Shown here one piece after another: positions 1 to 8,526 of a stretch of DNA of 24,000 nucleotides. The notes under the pieces were generated by a model. That model was not told where the DNA came from. It saw only the letters and a list, made by a program, of their open reading frames with translations, and did no database searches. The stretch's first letter is position 1. The number at the start of each line of letters is the position of its first letter. The DNA is taken from contig DASVQI010000006.1 in the NCBI GenBank assembly GCA_036389255.1, forward strand, positions 260,852 through 284,851. Direction: 5' to 3'. A program made the position numbers and the translations under genes. This DNA is from Pyrinomonadaceae bacterium. GTDB taxonomy: Bacteria; Acidobacteriota; Blastocatellia; Pyrinomonadales; Pyrinomonadaceae.

Positions 1-244
1 TGCCGGATTGAACCAGCAGGGTTTCGTCCATCTCAAGCGAGACAAGCTCGCGCACGATTGCCTCGAACGAAGTCCAGTTGCGCGCGGCTTTGCCAGCCCC
101 GCCGTAGACGACCAAGTCCTGCGGGCGCTCGGCCACGTCCGGGTCAAGGTTGTTCATAAGGCAGCGCAGCGCCGCCTCCTGATGCCAGCCCTTGCAGTTC
201 AATTTCGCGCCTCGCGGCGCTCTTATCACTCTAGCTTCTGCCAT
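1..244 (-). CDS. hutU: urocanate hydratase, N-terminal 81 codons (gene continues past the left edge)
   Basis: Absent from the ORF track because it is open at the window edge. Reverse-complement translation from ATG at 244..242 gives [57 protein letters not shown]...DETLLVQSG, which is the conserved HutU N-terminus. It lies on the same strand as hutH and downstream of it. Confidence 0.85.
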   Translation of the reverse strand, partial: MAEARVIRAPRGAKLNCKGWHQEAALRCLMNNLDPDVAERPQDLVVYGGAGKAARNWTSFEAIVRELVSLEMDETLLVQSG

Positions 245-306
245 AAAGTTAATTGCAGTATAAGCCCGGTCGCACCCGCCGTAGCGGGCGCGGCTCACCC
301 GATGCT

Positions 307-612
307 CTACTCGTTACTTTGTCTCCAACGGCTGAACCAGCCGCCCGACTCCTTCTGTCGTAGCTGTTCCAGCTCGCCCTTGTCCAGCCACACGCCGCCG
401 CAGACATCGCAACGGTCAATCTCTACGCCTTCAAAAGCGAGCGTCGTCATCTTGCCGTCGCCGCGCGGGCACTCTAAGCGTTTGGACTCTTGCTCTGCGG
501 CTTGCTGTTCTTCTGCCATCTTCTGGCGCAGCTTCTCGATTGATTCCTGCTCCTTGCGCCGGAAGTAGTCTTCCTCCAGCGCCTTCTTTCTATCATCAAA
601 AATATCGGACAT
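307..612 (-). CDS. small zinc-ribbon protein (zf-TFIIB-like, Zn-finger nucleic-acid-binding family)
   Basis: ORF 307..645, with the start moved to Met12 (ATG at 612), which has an AAGGTAG-like Shine-Dalgarno upstream. The C-terminal half [38 protein letters not shown] fits the C..C-GG-W-D-GE pattern of this family. The first knuckle has only one Cys. Confidence 0.65.
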   Translation of the reverse strand: MSDIFDDRKKALEEDYFRRKEQESIEKLRQKMAEEQQAAEQESKRLECPRGDGKMTTLAFEGVEIDRCDVCGGVWLDKGELEQLRQKESGGWFSRWRQSNE

Positions 613-770
613 GGCTCTACCTTTCGTGATGCACCACGGCCGCAATGCGCAAACGGCGCGACGCGGCCTACAGCGTGTGCGGTTTCGGTAATCACTAATT
701 TAATATCAGAAAAGAGTGGAAAGCGCTAAGCGACGTGAAAGATTATGGCTCTTTGCCACCGACCGCCTCA

Positions 771-2270
771 TCAGAAATCGAAGTCGCCGTCTCTTATGGC
801 TTGGGCTATCCGCTCGAAGTCTGCGGCGAGAGCGCGGTCGTGCGTGACGGGCGGCGCAATCGCCCGCACGGCTTCATAGGCGCGCAGGGCTCCGCGACCG
901 GGCTTTAAAGGCAGCCGGTGCTCAAGACCCTCTGCCGCCGCCAAAAGCTCTATTGCGAGCATATACTCGGCGTTCTCAAGCACGCCGCGCAGCTTCACAG
1001 CCGCAGTCATGCCCATTGAGACGTGGTCTTCTTTATTCCCATCCGTAGGCACGTTGTCTATGCTGGCCGGATGAGCCAGCACGCGCGAATCCGCCAGCAG
1101 CGCGGCGGCCGTCACCTGCGCCATCATGAAGCCGCTTGATGTCCCGGCGTGCGTGGTCAGAAAAGGCGGCAGGCCCTCGTTTGAATCCGGGTTGACCAGA
1201 CGGTCTATGCGCCGCTCCGTGATGCTCATCAAATCCGTGAGCGCAATCGAGGCATAATCGAAACAGAGCGCAAGCGGCGCGCCGTGGAAATTTCCGCCGG
1301 ACAAAAATTCGCCCGTCTCGGTAAAGATTAAGGGATTATCGGTGGCGGAGCCCGTCTCAATCTCTACGACTTCGCGCGCGTGATTAAGCGCGCCGCGCAC
1401 AGCGCCGTGAACCTGCGGCATGCAGCGCAGGCTGTAAGCGTCCTGCACGCGCGGGTCGTTCTCTATGTGCGAGACGCGTATCTCGCTGTCGGATAGAAGC
1501 TCGCGCAGGTGAGCGGCCACGCGTGTCTGCCCTTCGTGCGGGCGCGCGGAGTGTATGCGCTCGTCGAAGGCTACGGGAGTGCCGCGCAGCGCTTCCAGCG
1601 TCATAGCGCCGGCCACGTCAGCCACCCGCGCCAGCCTTTCCGCTCGATGAAGAGCAAGACCGCCTACGGCACCCATTGCCTGCGTGCCGTTCAAGAGCGC
1701 CAGCCCCTCTTTGGCTTCGAGCCGAACCGGCTCAAGCTCGGCGTGCTTCAGGGCTTCGGCTCCCGTCATTCTCTCCGAATGATAAATGGCCTCGCCCTCG
1801 CCTATCAGCACCAGCGCCAGATGAGCTAGCGGCGCAAGGTCGCCGCTCGCGCCGACAGAGCCTTTCTCCGGGATGATTGGATGAACGCCCCTGTCTAGCA
1901 TGTCGAGCAGAAGCTGTAGCACTTCCACGCGAGCGCCGCTATGCCCGAGCGCTATGACGTTGGCCCTGAGAAGCATCATCGCGCGCGTCTCCATCTCGGA
2001 GAGCGGGCGGCCCACACCGCAGGCGTGGCTTCGCACCAGATTCAGTTGCAGCTCTCTCAGTTCCGACTGCGGAATGGTAACGTCCGACAGCTTGCCGAAG
2101 CCTGTGTTGACGCCGTAGACAACGCGGCCCTCCGCTATGATTGCTTCGACCGCACGCCTGGCCTCGTCCACGCGCTCTCTGGCGCTGCTCGTCAGCCGCA
2201 CGCTCTCCAAACCGCGCGCTACAGCCGTTACCTCTTCCAGCGAAAGCCTCTGACCGTCCAGTTCAAGCAT
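771..2270 (-). CDS. hutH: histidine ammonia-lyase
   Basis: 499-aa ORF with the MIO-forming signature GSVGASGDLAPLAHL and HAL-type sequence along its full length (NTGFGKL, LQLNLVRSHA, QDAYSLRCMPQVHGA). It is adjacent to hutU. Confidence 0.95.
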   Translation of the reverse strand: MLELDGQRLSLEEVTAVARGLESVRLTSSARERVDEARRAVEAIIAEGRVVYGVNTGFGKLSDVTIPQSELRELQLNLVRSHACGVGRPLSEMETRAMMLLRANVIALGHSGARVEVLQLLLDMLDRGVHPIIPEKGSVGASGDLAPLAHLALVLIGEGEAIYHSERMTGAEALKHAELEPVRLEAKEGLALLNGTQAMGAVGGLALHRAERLARVADVAGAMTLEALRGTPVAFDERIHSARPHEGQTRVAAHLRELLSDSEIRVSHIENDPRVQDAYSLRCMPQVHGAVRGALNHAREVVEIETGSATDNPLIFTETGEFLSGGNFHGAPLALCFDYASIALTDLMSITERRIDRLVNPDSNEGLPPFLTTHAGTSSGFMMAQVTAAALLADSRVLAHPASIDNVPTDGNKEDHVSMGMTAAVKLRGVLENAEYMLAIELLAAAEGLEHRLPLKPGRGALRAYEAVRAIAPPVTHDRALAADFERIAQAIRDGDFDF

Positions 2271-2356
2271 AACAAGCTAGAGGATGGGCGAAAGGGCTGG
2301 GGATGGTAAAAGAAAGCATCTCTTTTACTAACCCCTGACCTCTAACCTCCATCCCC

Positions 2357-3340
2357 TCATTTCAGGATTTCCTCTTTGATTGGTTTTCTGTCGGGCGTTT
2401 CGGTCGTGTCCAGCCGTTTGAATTCCCCGGTCGCGGTCAGAGTGCTGGTGGTGCGAACTCTGTGGCGTGCGCGCTGTGCGCGGCGGCGTGTGCGGCGCTC
2501 CTGCGTGGCGGCGCGCGTCCATTCCGTCACGCGCTGCAACGGCTTGAAAGAGAAATCGTGGCGCGGCAAGACCTCGCCCGTAGCTTCTCTGAGCCGCACC
2601 GTAGCTATAGCGAAAATGAAGAGCCCGACGTTGAAGACGATTCCGGCGGCGAGCACGAACGGGCCGGGCACGATGCCTATGGTCGCGCGGTCTATGAAGA
2701 TGGAGAAATCCGTGGCCCTTACCGGATGAAGATAGACCTTCAGGTTCCAGCTTGCCGCAAGCAGGATGAAAATCCACAGGTAGTTACGACGCAATCGCCG
2801 CCCCACGGCCTCCCACTCGCTGATGGTAAAGTGCGGCGTCAGCAGGTCGTTGGCCAGATGCTCTGCCCACTGCCTTTCTGTAGACGCCTCCGTCGAAAGT
2901 ATCTGCGCGAAGTAGCCAGTCTCCACTACGCGCACGCGGCTAGACCAAATCTCATAATAGCGATAACGGCGCGCCTCCATCAGTAGGAAGAAGGCCACCA
3001 GAAGTGAGTTTATGAGAATCACGAAGTGCGGGCTGAAGGGGTCACCGAAGGCGAAGGAAAGCGTAGCGCCCGCAGTGATGACTGCCCAGTTAGTAGTCGT
3101 GTCCAGTCGGTTGCGCCAAGTGTTTGAGCGCGTTATCTCGCCGCGATAAAAATGAACCATCGCGGCGTTGAAATCGGACGCGGAGAGTTTGGAGAGGGGG
3201 GGCTGGCCCGTCGTGCCGATGCCTGCGGACTGTGTAGTTGAAGCTGTAGCCGGAGGAGCTGTCGGTCTGATGCGGCCTGTCATGCTGCTCTGTTCGCCGG
3301 AGAGTTGACCGCTTGTTCTCTGGCGCATCTCTTTGCTCAT
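2357..3340 (-). CDS. DUF2270-type integral membrane protein
   Basis: This is the C-terminal 327 codons of the 536-aa ORF 2357..3967. The run HFYRGEITRSNTWRNRLDTTTNWAVITAGATLSFAFG...MEARRYRYYEIWSSRVRVVE plus hydrophobic helices matches my memory of the DUF2270 family. The upstream 209 codons run antisense to tadA and were discarded. The start at ATG 3340 (MSKEM...) is tentative. Confidence 0.65.
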   Translation of the reverse strand: MSKEMRQRTSGQLSGEQSSMTGRIRPTAPPATASTTQSAGIGTTGQPPLSKLSASDFNAAMVHFYRGEITRSNTWRNRLDTTTNWAVITAGATLSFAFGDPFSPHFVILINSLLVAFFLLMEARRYRYYEIWSSRVRVVETGYFAQILSTEASTERQWAEHLANDLLTPHFTISEWEAVGRRLRRNYLWIFILLAASWNLKVYLHPVRATDFSIFIDRATIGIVPGPFVLAAGIVFNVGLFIFAIATVRLREATGEVLPRHDFSFKPLQRVTEWTRAATQERRTRRRAQRARHRVRTTSTLTATGEFKRLDTTETPDRKPIKEEILK

Positions 3341-3589
3341 CGCTCTGGCTTGCCTGCTCCTTGACGGTTGCCGTGGTTGCCGAAGCATCGGCGCCTTCAG
3401 TAAGGACGCCGCTTGACGACCGAACTTCGATAATATCACGTGCGCGCGAATGCGCGACAATTTCGGGCAAAAAATTGTGGGCTTCAGGAAGCGCCCGATT
3501 GCTTGACAGCCATTTTGTAGGCCACCTATCCTTCCCGGCGAGCCCTCAGGCGTGAGGACTCGCACTCCTTCTTTATTCGACATGAAGTC

Positions 3590-4105
3590 TTGAGCCAAAA
3601 CACTGACGAGCGCTGGATGCTGGATGCCCTGCGAGCGGCGCGCGAGGCCGAAGCCCGCGACGAAGTCCCTATAGGCGCAATCGTCGTTGCCGGCGGGCGC
3701 TCCGTAGCCGTGGCAGGCAATCGCACGCGCACGGACTGCGACCCAACGGCCCACGCGGAAATCTTGGCCCTCAGAGAGGCCGCGCGCGTGGTCGGAAATT
3801 ACAGGCTCACGGGCGCGACCATCTACTCTACGATAGAGCCATGCGCTATGTGCGCGGGTGCCCTTGTGCAGGCCAGAGTCGAGCGCCTCGTCTACGGCGC
3901 GCGAGACGAGCGCTTTGGCGCGGTTGAGTCGCGATTCCGCCTCTGCGACTCTGAATCTTTGAACCACCGTATGAAGATAACTTCCGGCGTTCTCGAAGGG
4001 GAGTGCAGAGAGCTGATGCAGGCATTCTTTCGCCGCCGCCGGGAGAGTAAAGCGAAGGGCTATGAGGTGAAAGCCCCTTTCTCCGAACCGTCACCCGACG
4101 AGTAG
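3590..4105 (+). CDS. tadA: tRNA adenosine(34) deaminase
   Basis: Carries the CDA-fold zinc motifs TAHAEILALREA (HAE) and TIEPCAMCAGAL (PCxxC). The N-terminus DERWMLDALRAAREAEARDEVPIGAIVV aligns with the TadA consensus. The start is TTG at 3590. An alternative ATG at 3617 would remove conserved residues. Confidence 0.9.
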   Translation: MSQNTDERWMLDALRAAREAEARDEVPIGAIVVAGGRSVAVAGNRTRTDCDPTAHAEILALREAARVVGNYRLTGATIYSTIEPCAMCAGALVQARVERLVYGARDERFGAVESRFRLCDSESLNHRMKITSGVLEGECRELMQAFFRRRRESKAKGYEVKAPFSEPSPDE

Positions 4106-4498
4106 GAGAGTGTGGCTAGCCTGACGGCCCCGGCCTCCTTCTCACCTTCTGTTCTCACAAGCTGCCGCACACTTCGGAGGTAATGGTCAAAGACATCACT
4201 AAGCCTGAAAATCTTGAGTTTGATGTGAAGCAAATACGTTACGTCTGGAGGACAGAAAAGGCTGCGCGTCGTAGATTTAAGTAAGATAGTTTGGGCATAG
4301 CATCCGAACGGCAGGTCTAGGCGCGCCAGTTAAATCACTTCCTACGAATGCTGGCTGGATTTCCAATCCACCCACGCTGCGCCGCATCTGAAATTCGCTA
4401 TAGCGATGGCAAGACCGATTGGTGGCCGCAGCCTGCATGTAGCGACTTCACTGGGATTTGGTAGTAAAGCTTAGTATTTGGTAACATGCATCACTCGT

Positions 4499-4542
4499 GG
4501 AGAGGTCGCATAGTGGATTAGTGCACCGGTCTCGAAAACCGG
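4499..4542 (+). tRNA. tRNA-Ser(CGA)-like 5' half only; no recognisable variable arm, T arm or 3' acceptor strand follows
   Basis: GGAGAGG-TC-GCAT-AGTGGATTA-GTGC-A-CCGGT-CTCGAAA-ACCGG has exact tRNA geometry through position 43 (7+2+4+9+4+1+5+7+5 nt). It has U33, anticodon CGA at 4533-4535 and A37. The next ~100 nt hold no GGTTCGAAT-like T loop and no CCTCTCC acceptor complement. Confidence 0.5.
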
Positions 4543-4607
4543 TGACCGCGTTCTTAGTGACGACCGGAAATTATCAAAATCCCCAGCATTTCAAGCATCG
4601 CGGCAGG

Positions 4608-5687
4608 TCATACGGCTTGCCGTTTTTGCTTTTGTGACCAGATTGTGACCACTTTTCTGGCGGGCTTTTTGAGCGCAGCCACGGCCTTGCGCTTGCGCTC
4701 GTCCGTCACGTGCGTATAACGCTTCGTCATCTCCAGAGTCGAGTGACCCATCAACTCCGCTATGGTGAAAGCGTCAACGCCCGCGTCCGCCAGACGGCTG
4801 GCGAAAGTGTGCCGCAGGTCGTGAAAGTGGAAGTTTAAGACCTTCGCGTCTTCACAAGCCTTTCCGAAACTGTTCCTCAGATTGCGTAGTCGCGCGCCCG
4901 TGCGCGGACTCACAAAGACGAACTCGCTCTCTGACTTCTTTTGTTGCCGTAGCAGTACGTCACGAGTTGCGTCGTTTAGAGGAATGATACGGCTCTTACC
5001 GGTCTTCGTGTTGATGACGTGGATGAAGTTTCTAGACCAGTCAACTTCAGACCAACGCAAGGAGAAGATTTCTCCACGCCTGAGTCCAGTGTTGAGCGCG
5101 AAGATAACCACAGACCGCAAAAGCTCTCGCCCTCCGATCTGCTTCATCAGCCGCGCCTCTTCGTCCTCGGTCAGGAACCTGATGCGTTCGTTGTCTTCCT
5201 TGAACCGTCTGACTCGGCGGCAAGGATTCTCGCTGATGTGCCCTGCATCAACCGCCAGAGCCATCACGCGCGACAAGATAGTTAGCTCACGATTGACCGT
5301 CGAGGGACTTCGCGCCTCTTCATGCCGTGTCGGGGTCTCGTGTCTCACTTTCTTGAAGCGCTCAACGTCCATCGGGCTGATATCCGCGATACGCTTGGCC
5401 TTGAAATGAGCTTTGATAGTACCGCAAATTAACTCATCATCCCGCCAAGACTTCTTATTAGTCTTCGCCCACGTCATGTACGTTTTGTCAATGAACTCGC
5501 TCAAGCGCGGCGTCTGCTTTTGGGTTTGACCATAAGCAGCACCGAAACACTCAAGCCGCTTGTTGGCTTCGGCCTGTTCAGCCTGCGCCTTCGTGCGCGC
5601 CTCTCTCAGAGAAGCGCGATGCCTAGTCTTGTGTATGTGGCACCGGAAGTCATACCACCAATAACTACCCCGCTTTCTCACTGCCAT
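4608..5687 (-). CDS. tyrosine recombinase / phage-type integrase
   Basis: Contains the Arg-I box LRRGEIFSLRWSEVD and the C-terminal catalytic region FHFHDLRHTFASRLADAGVD...ELMGHSTLEMTKRYTHV (H-x-x-R, H, Y). The start was moved to Met18 (ATG 5687), which has AAGGAG 8 nt upstream. The C-terminal end faces the tRNA fragment. Confidence 0.9.
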   Translation of the reverse strand: MAVRKRGSYWWYDFRCHIHKTRHRASLREARTKAQAEQAEANKRLECFGAAYGQTQKQTPRLSEFIDKTYMTWAKTNKKSWRDDELICGTIKAHFKAKRIADISPMDVERFKKVRHETPTRHEEARSPSTVNRELTILSRVMALAVDAGHISENPCRRVRRFKEDNERIRFLTEDEEARLMKQIGGRELLRSVVIFALNTGLRRGEIFSLRWSEVDWSRNFIHVINTKTGKSRIIPLNDATRDVLLRQQKKSESEFVFVSPRTGARLRNLRNSFGKACEDAKVLNFHFHDLRHTFASRLADAGVDAFTIAELMGHSTLEMTKRYTHVTDERKRKAVAALKKPARKVVTIWSQKQKRQAV

Positions 5688-5873
5688 GCTGGTTGCTCCT
5701 TCCGGTTGCAGCCGCTCGGAGCGGCGAAATAGTAGCATTTACTATCGGATTGTTGAAGGTGTAAGCTGCGCCGCATTTGGCCACGCCCTATCATGCTATT
5801 CAAAAAGTGTATGGTTAAACCCGCACAGGGTTCGACAATCCGGTTGTTGAGCAACAACGTAGATGGAGCATCA

Positions 5874-6086
5874 CTATGCGCTTTCGCTTTTTTGACCCTC
5901 GGTCCACTGTAAAATTTTGTCTAGCCGGAATCGGAGGCTCCCGCCAACACGTTCTACAGGGATCCCGGTTTTTCCCTCGTTAGCTACCCAATCGTAAATG
6001 GTTCGCGGTTTGACGCGGAGTAGTTCCGCCAATTCTTTCAGAGTAAGAAACACGGGTGGGTTATGCCGCGTGCCTGTTAAACTCAT
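5874..6086 (-). CDS. excisionase / AlpA-like helix-turn-helix DNA-binding protein
   Basis: 70-aa ORF directly upstream of the integrase on the same strand. LTLKELAELLRVKPRTIYDWVANEGKTGIPVERVGGSLRFRLDKILQW matches the excisionase-family HTH pattern (T..E.A..L.v...Ti..w...G..P..r.g...rf....i..w). Confidence 0.8.
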   Translation of the reverse strand: MSLTGTRHNPPVFLTLKELAELLRVKPRTIYDWVANEGKTGIPVERVGGSLRFRLDKILQWTEGQKSESA

Positions 6087-6463
6087 ATTTCATCTCCTGC
6101 AAGTTGGTCCCTATGGATTCGCTTTAATCGTCACGCCCTTCGGACGATAAGCTTTAGAAAAGCATCCGGTACTTCCAATCTTTCTAACCAGCAGCCCGAA
6201 CATTAATGCCCTTGCGCAAGGAATGTGCCATTGAGAGGAAAAATGTCATGGTGATCAATCACAACAAAGCTGCGAACCGCATTTTTATGGACTTTTTTAG
6301 AGAGAAAAAAGTTTGGATATACCACGCTAAAATGCTATTGTTAATCTTCAGTCCCACTGAGTAGGACTAAAGATTAGACCTCATTATGATTAGTGGGCCA
6401 GATGTGCCAGGCTATAGATAATGGGTATCACATCACTTTCAACCATAGAATTTAGAAGTGTCC

Positions 6464-6832
6464 ATGGGCACTGCCGGAGAAGGAAGTTTGACGAAATCAA
6501 AAGAACGAGACTTAATTGAAGAAGAAGAACAACTCCGGCTCGACTTAAAACGGGCAGTCGTCAAGGCTACATTAAGGCTATCTAAGTACCATGACGAAAG
6601 GCGTAAGGTGATACAGAGTGACGGACCGATATCAGGGAAGGACGTTTTGCGCATACGTAAGGAACTCAGGGTTTCACAGAAAGTTTTCGCGCGCCTTCTC
6701 AATGTGAGTATTAAGACGGTTCAGTCCTGGGAGCAAGGCACTCGTGAACCAGGTGACGCTGCCCTCAAGCTGCTATCAATTGCGGATCATTATCCGAATA
6801 TTCTATTCGACCTAGCAATTGAGTCAAAATAA
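6464..6832 (+). CDS. XRE-family HTH regulator (YiaG/COG2944-like, antitoxin-like)
   Basis: GKDVLRIRKELRVSQKVFARLLNVSIKTVQSWEQGTREPGDAALKLLSIADHYPNIL matches the YiaG-type pattern (LR...glSQ..FA.lLgVS.kTVq.WEqG.r.P.gaAlkLL). ATG 6464 was preferred over GTG 6458. No toxin partner ORF is visible. Confidence 0.75.
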   Translation: MGTAGEGSLTKSKERDLIEEEEQLRLDLKRAVVKATLRLSKYHDERRKVIQSDGPISGKDVLRIRKELRVSQKVFARLLNVSIKTVQSWEQGTREPGDAALKLLSIADHYPNILFDLAIESK

Positions 6833-6883
6833 TCTTTATTGACCGGCTCGTGAAAGCTTCATTAGTTTTCGCCTCTTTTCACT

Positions 6884-7138
6884 CTATACATGTCCCTCTT
6901 CTAACCTGGAAAACTCCAGTTGAACCGGAACCACTGTTCTGAAAACGCTAAAGGATGTGAACTTTTCACGTTCAATTCCGAGTTCCTCAAGATGAAGCTC
7001 ATCAAAGGCCCTGTTCAAGGCGGCTGTTAAAGACTGAGTCAAATGGCGAAAGACGGAGGCTTCTATTCTTTTCATCGTTTCCATAATATTGGCAGCGGGC
7101 TGATTGTAGCGATTCACCGGATTATGCCTTCCGGTCAT
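6884..7138 (-). CDS. hypothetical protein (84 aa), possibly a gene fragment
   Basis: ORF only. No motif was recognised and no convincing RBS was seen. It lies in a low-GC stretch that looks degraded, next to an integrase relic. Confidence 0.3.
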   Translation of the reverse strand: MTGRHNPVNRYNQPAANIMETMKRIEASVFRHLTQSLTAALNRAFDELHLEELGIEREKFTSFSVFRTVVPVQLEFSRLEEGHV

Positions 7139-7262
7139 GGAGCCGAAGTTAGAGTGATAACAGCTTTGTTCCTTCTCTTCCTGCTCGCGAGACGGGGCGC
7201 CTGAATCCTTCCGTGCTGACCGCGGCGGACAGCCGGGTGAGGCTCTCAGCTCACACTGCTAC

Positions 7263-7523
7263 GTGAAAAATATGAAGCGGTATGCGCAAGCGGCTGGCAT
7301 TGATGACTTTCATCTACATCAGACACGCCACACCTTCGCACGCATATTGGCAGAGGACTCTGGTTCAATTACGGAAACGCAGGATGCAGCACTCGGGCAC
7401 CGCAGCGCCGCTACGACCAGGGTTTATGTACAGCGAATCTCCGTCAAGCGGGACAAGCACAGTCATAGAATCTTGGGACGTTTCGCTAAAAATAAGAGAA
7501 AAGAAGACCAAAGCAGCGAGTAA
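7263..7523 (+). pseudogene. C-terminal fragment of a second tyrosine recombinase (N-terminal two thirds missing)
   Basis: YAQAAGIDDFHLHQTRHTFARILAED...ALGHRSAATTRVYV retains the H-x-x-R, GH and catalytic Y boxes. No Arg-I box or N-terminal SAM-like domain is present. The same frame stays open upstream only to the stop at 7158-7160. The sequence is clearly different from the integrase at 4608-5687. Confidence 0.75.
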
Positions 7524-7584
7524 TAGAAAGAATCCTCATCTGAAATTAGAAATTGACCGTACTCCGTACTTTCATTCTACGTTG

Positions 7585-7593
7585 TGATATATT
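7585..7593 (+). promoter_or_regulatory. possible extended -10 promoter element (TGaTATATT) placing the transcription start at or near the ATG at 7600
   Basis: TG at 7585-7586 is followed by one spacer base and TATATT at 7588-7593. The hexamer ends 7 nt before the A of ATG 7600. No Shine-Dalgarno precedes that ATG. No good -35 was found. Confidence 0.25.
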
Positions 7594-7599
7594 GCGTTA

Positions 7600-8478
7600 A
7601 TGTTGACCAGTGTGCCGCCGCAATCAGGACCCCGTCGAATCGAACCTCAAAAGAAATTGAAGAATTATCTGAGCTTTGACCTACTTGAGGATGTGATGTT
7701 ACTGCCGCCCTCCAAGTATGAAGAGATAGTTGAGCGGACGGTAGTCGCCAGGATCGGCCCCCTTGTGGAGTATGCTTACCATCATTACGGTGATGGCGCG
7801 AAACAGTTAAGGCGCCTATCAGACCAGCAGGTAGTCAGCTCATTTACGAGAGCTCTGCAGGTACCTGACCTTTCCATGATGCTGCATGACACATCGCTGC
7901 AGGCCAGACCAATAGAGTTCTGCAAAGTTCCTACAGCAAATGACGGTGTGGAAGAGCCGAACTGGATAGCCTTTTGTATGCGACTAGCTGATGCCGGAGT
8001 GAAAGCCGGACTCACCAAGCAGTTTTCGCAAGCGCTGGCAGGCACCTTCGAGGAGATGACGGGAAATCTGATTGAGCATAGCGAACGTCCCGGCACAGGC
8101 ATAGTCGGATACAGGTGGCGGACGGGAGAATTTGAATATGTGGTGGCAGACGCCGGAATCGGAGTCTTGGATAGCCTGCGTCAGCATAAGGACTATTCCT
8201 GGCTCTCAGATGCCGGGGAGGCGCTGGCGACGGCCGTCTCAGACGGAGAGTCGCGCCATGGCAGAAGACAGCTCCGCGGTTTCGGCTTCCATAGGCTGAT
8301 CTTTAATATCGCCGAGAGAAACAGTTATTTGAGGTTCCGTAGCGGTGATCATAGCTACGCGATTGATGGGACGAAACCCGCGCTATTGAAGAAAACGCAG
8401 CACTGCGCGCACTTCCAAGGCTTCCTAATCTCTGTCGTCAGCAGGCCCCTCAACAAGGAGCTCCTAAATAGCGCTTGA
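7600..8478 (+). CDS. GHKL-superfamily ATPase, SpoIIAB/RsbW-like (anti-sigma Ser-kinase-like) C-terminal domain with an unknown N-terminal domain
   Basis: N-box FEEMTGNLIEHS, G1 box YVVADAGIGVLD and G2 box LRGFGFHRL occur in the canonical order within the last ~150 aa. The first ~140 aa carry no motif I recognise. The start is uncertain (ATG 7600 without an SD). Confidence 0.6.
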   Translation: MLTSVPPQSGPRRIEPQKKLKNYLSFDLLEDVMLLPPSKYEEIVERTVVARIGPLVEYAYHHYGDGAKQLRRLSDQQVVSSFTRALQVPDLSMMLHDTSLQARPIEFCKVPTANDGVEEPNWIAFCMRLADAGVKAGLTKQFSQALAGTFEEMTGNLIEHSERPGTGIVGYRWRTGEFEYVVADAGIGVLDSLRQHKDYSWLSDAGEALATAVSDGESRHGRRQLRGFGFHRLIFNIAERNSYLRFRSGDHSYAIDGTKPALLKKTQHCAHFQGFLISVVSRPLNKELLNSA

Positions 8479-8526
8479 CAGTAATTCTCAGCAATGCCAT
8501 TATGCTCACTGACGGAGGTGAGCATA

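Noticed and set aside
8-568. 186-aa plus-strand ORF at the left edge
   Set aside because: It runs antisense to two well-supported minus-strand genes (the hutU N-terminus and the zinc-ribbon protein). Its composition is the Ala/Arg/Ser/Pro-rich type typical of shadow ORFs in GC-rich DNA, and it has no motif.
1509-2309. Plus-strand ORFs of 66-122 aa overlapping hutH
   Set aside because: They are antisense shadow ORFs within a strongly supported hutH gene in high-GC DNA.
3341-3967. N-terminal 209 codons of the 536-aa minus-strand ORF
   Set aside because: This stretch overlaps tadA antisense and is Arg/Ala-rich with no membrane or DUF2270 features. The recognisable family sequence begins only after the Met at 3340.
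4183-4284. 33-codon ORF (MVKDITKPENLEF...) preceded by GGAGG
   Set aside because: The SD-like GGAGG is only 2 nt from the ATG, which is too close. The peptide has no recognisable features, and the region is the degraded-looking junction DNA.
5829-5845. GGGTTCGACAATCCGG, a T-arm-like motif between the xis and int genes
   Set aside because: I considered it as the missing 3' half of the tRNA. However, it does not fold into a 5-bp T stem with a 7-nt loop, no CCTCTCC acceptor strand follows, and a GGTTCGA heptamer is expected by chance about once per strand in 24 kb.
5843-5858. Inverted repeat GTTGTTG-ag-CAACAAC between the excisionase stop and the integrase start
   Set aside because: It is short (6-7 bp arms) with no flanking U-tract. 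It could be a weak hairpin or binding site, but such repeats are expected by chance at this length.
6210-6221. Perfect 12-bp palindrome CCTTGCGCAAGG in the xis/XRE divergent intergenic region
   Set aside because: It is tempting as an operator. However, perfect 12-bp palindromes are expected roughly once per 4 kb by chance (4^-6 per position), and it occurs only once.
6439-6702. 87-aa minus-strand ORF
   Set aside because: It runs antisense to the XRE/YiaG-like gene, which has a clear HTH motif. It is Ser/Arg-rich with no motif.
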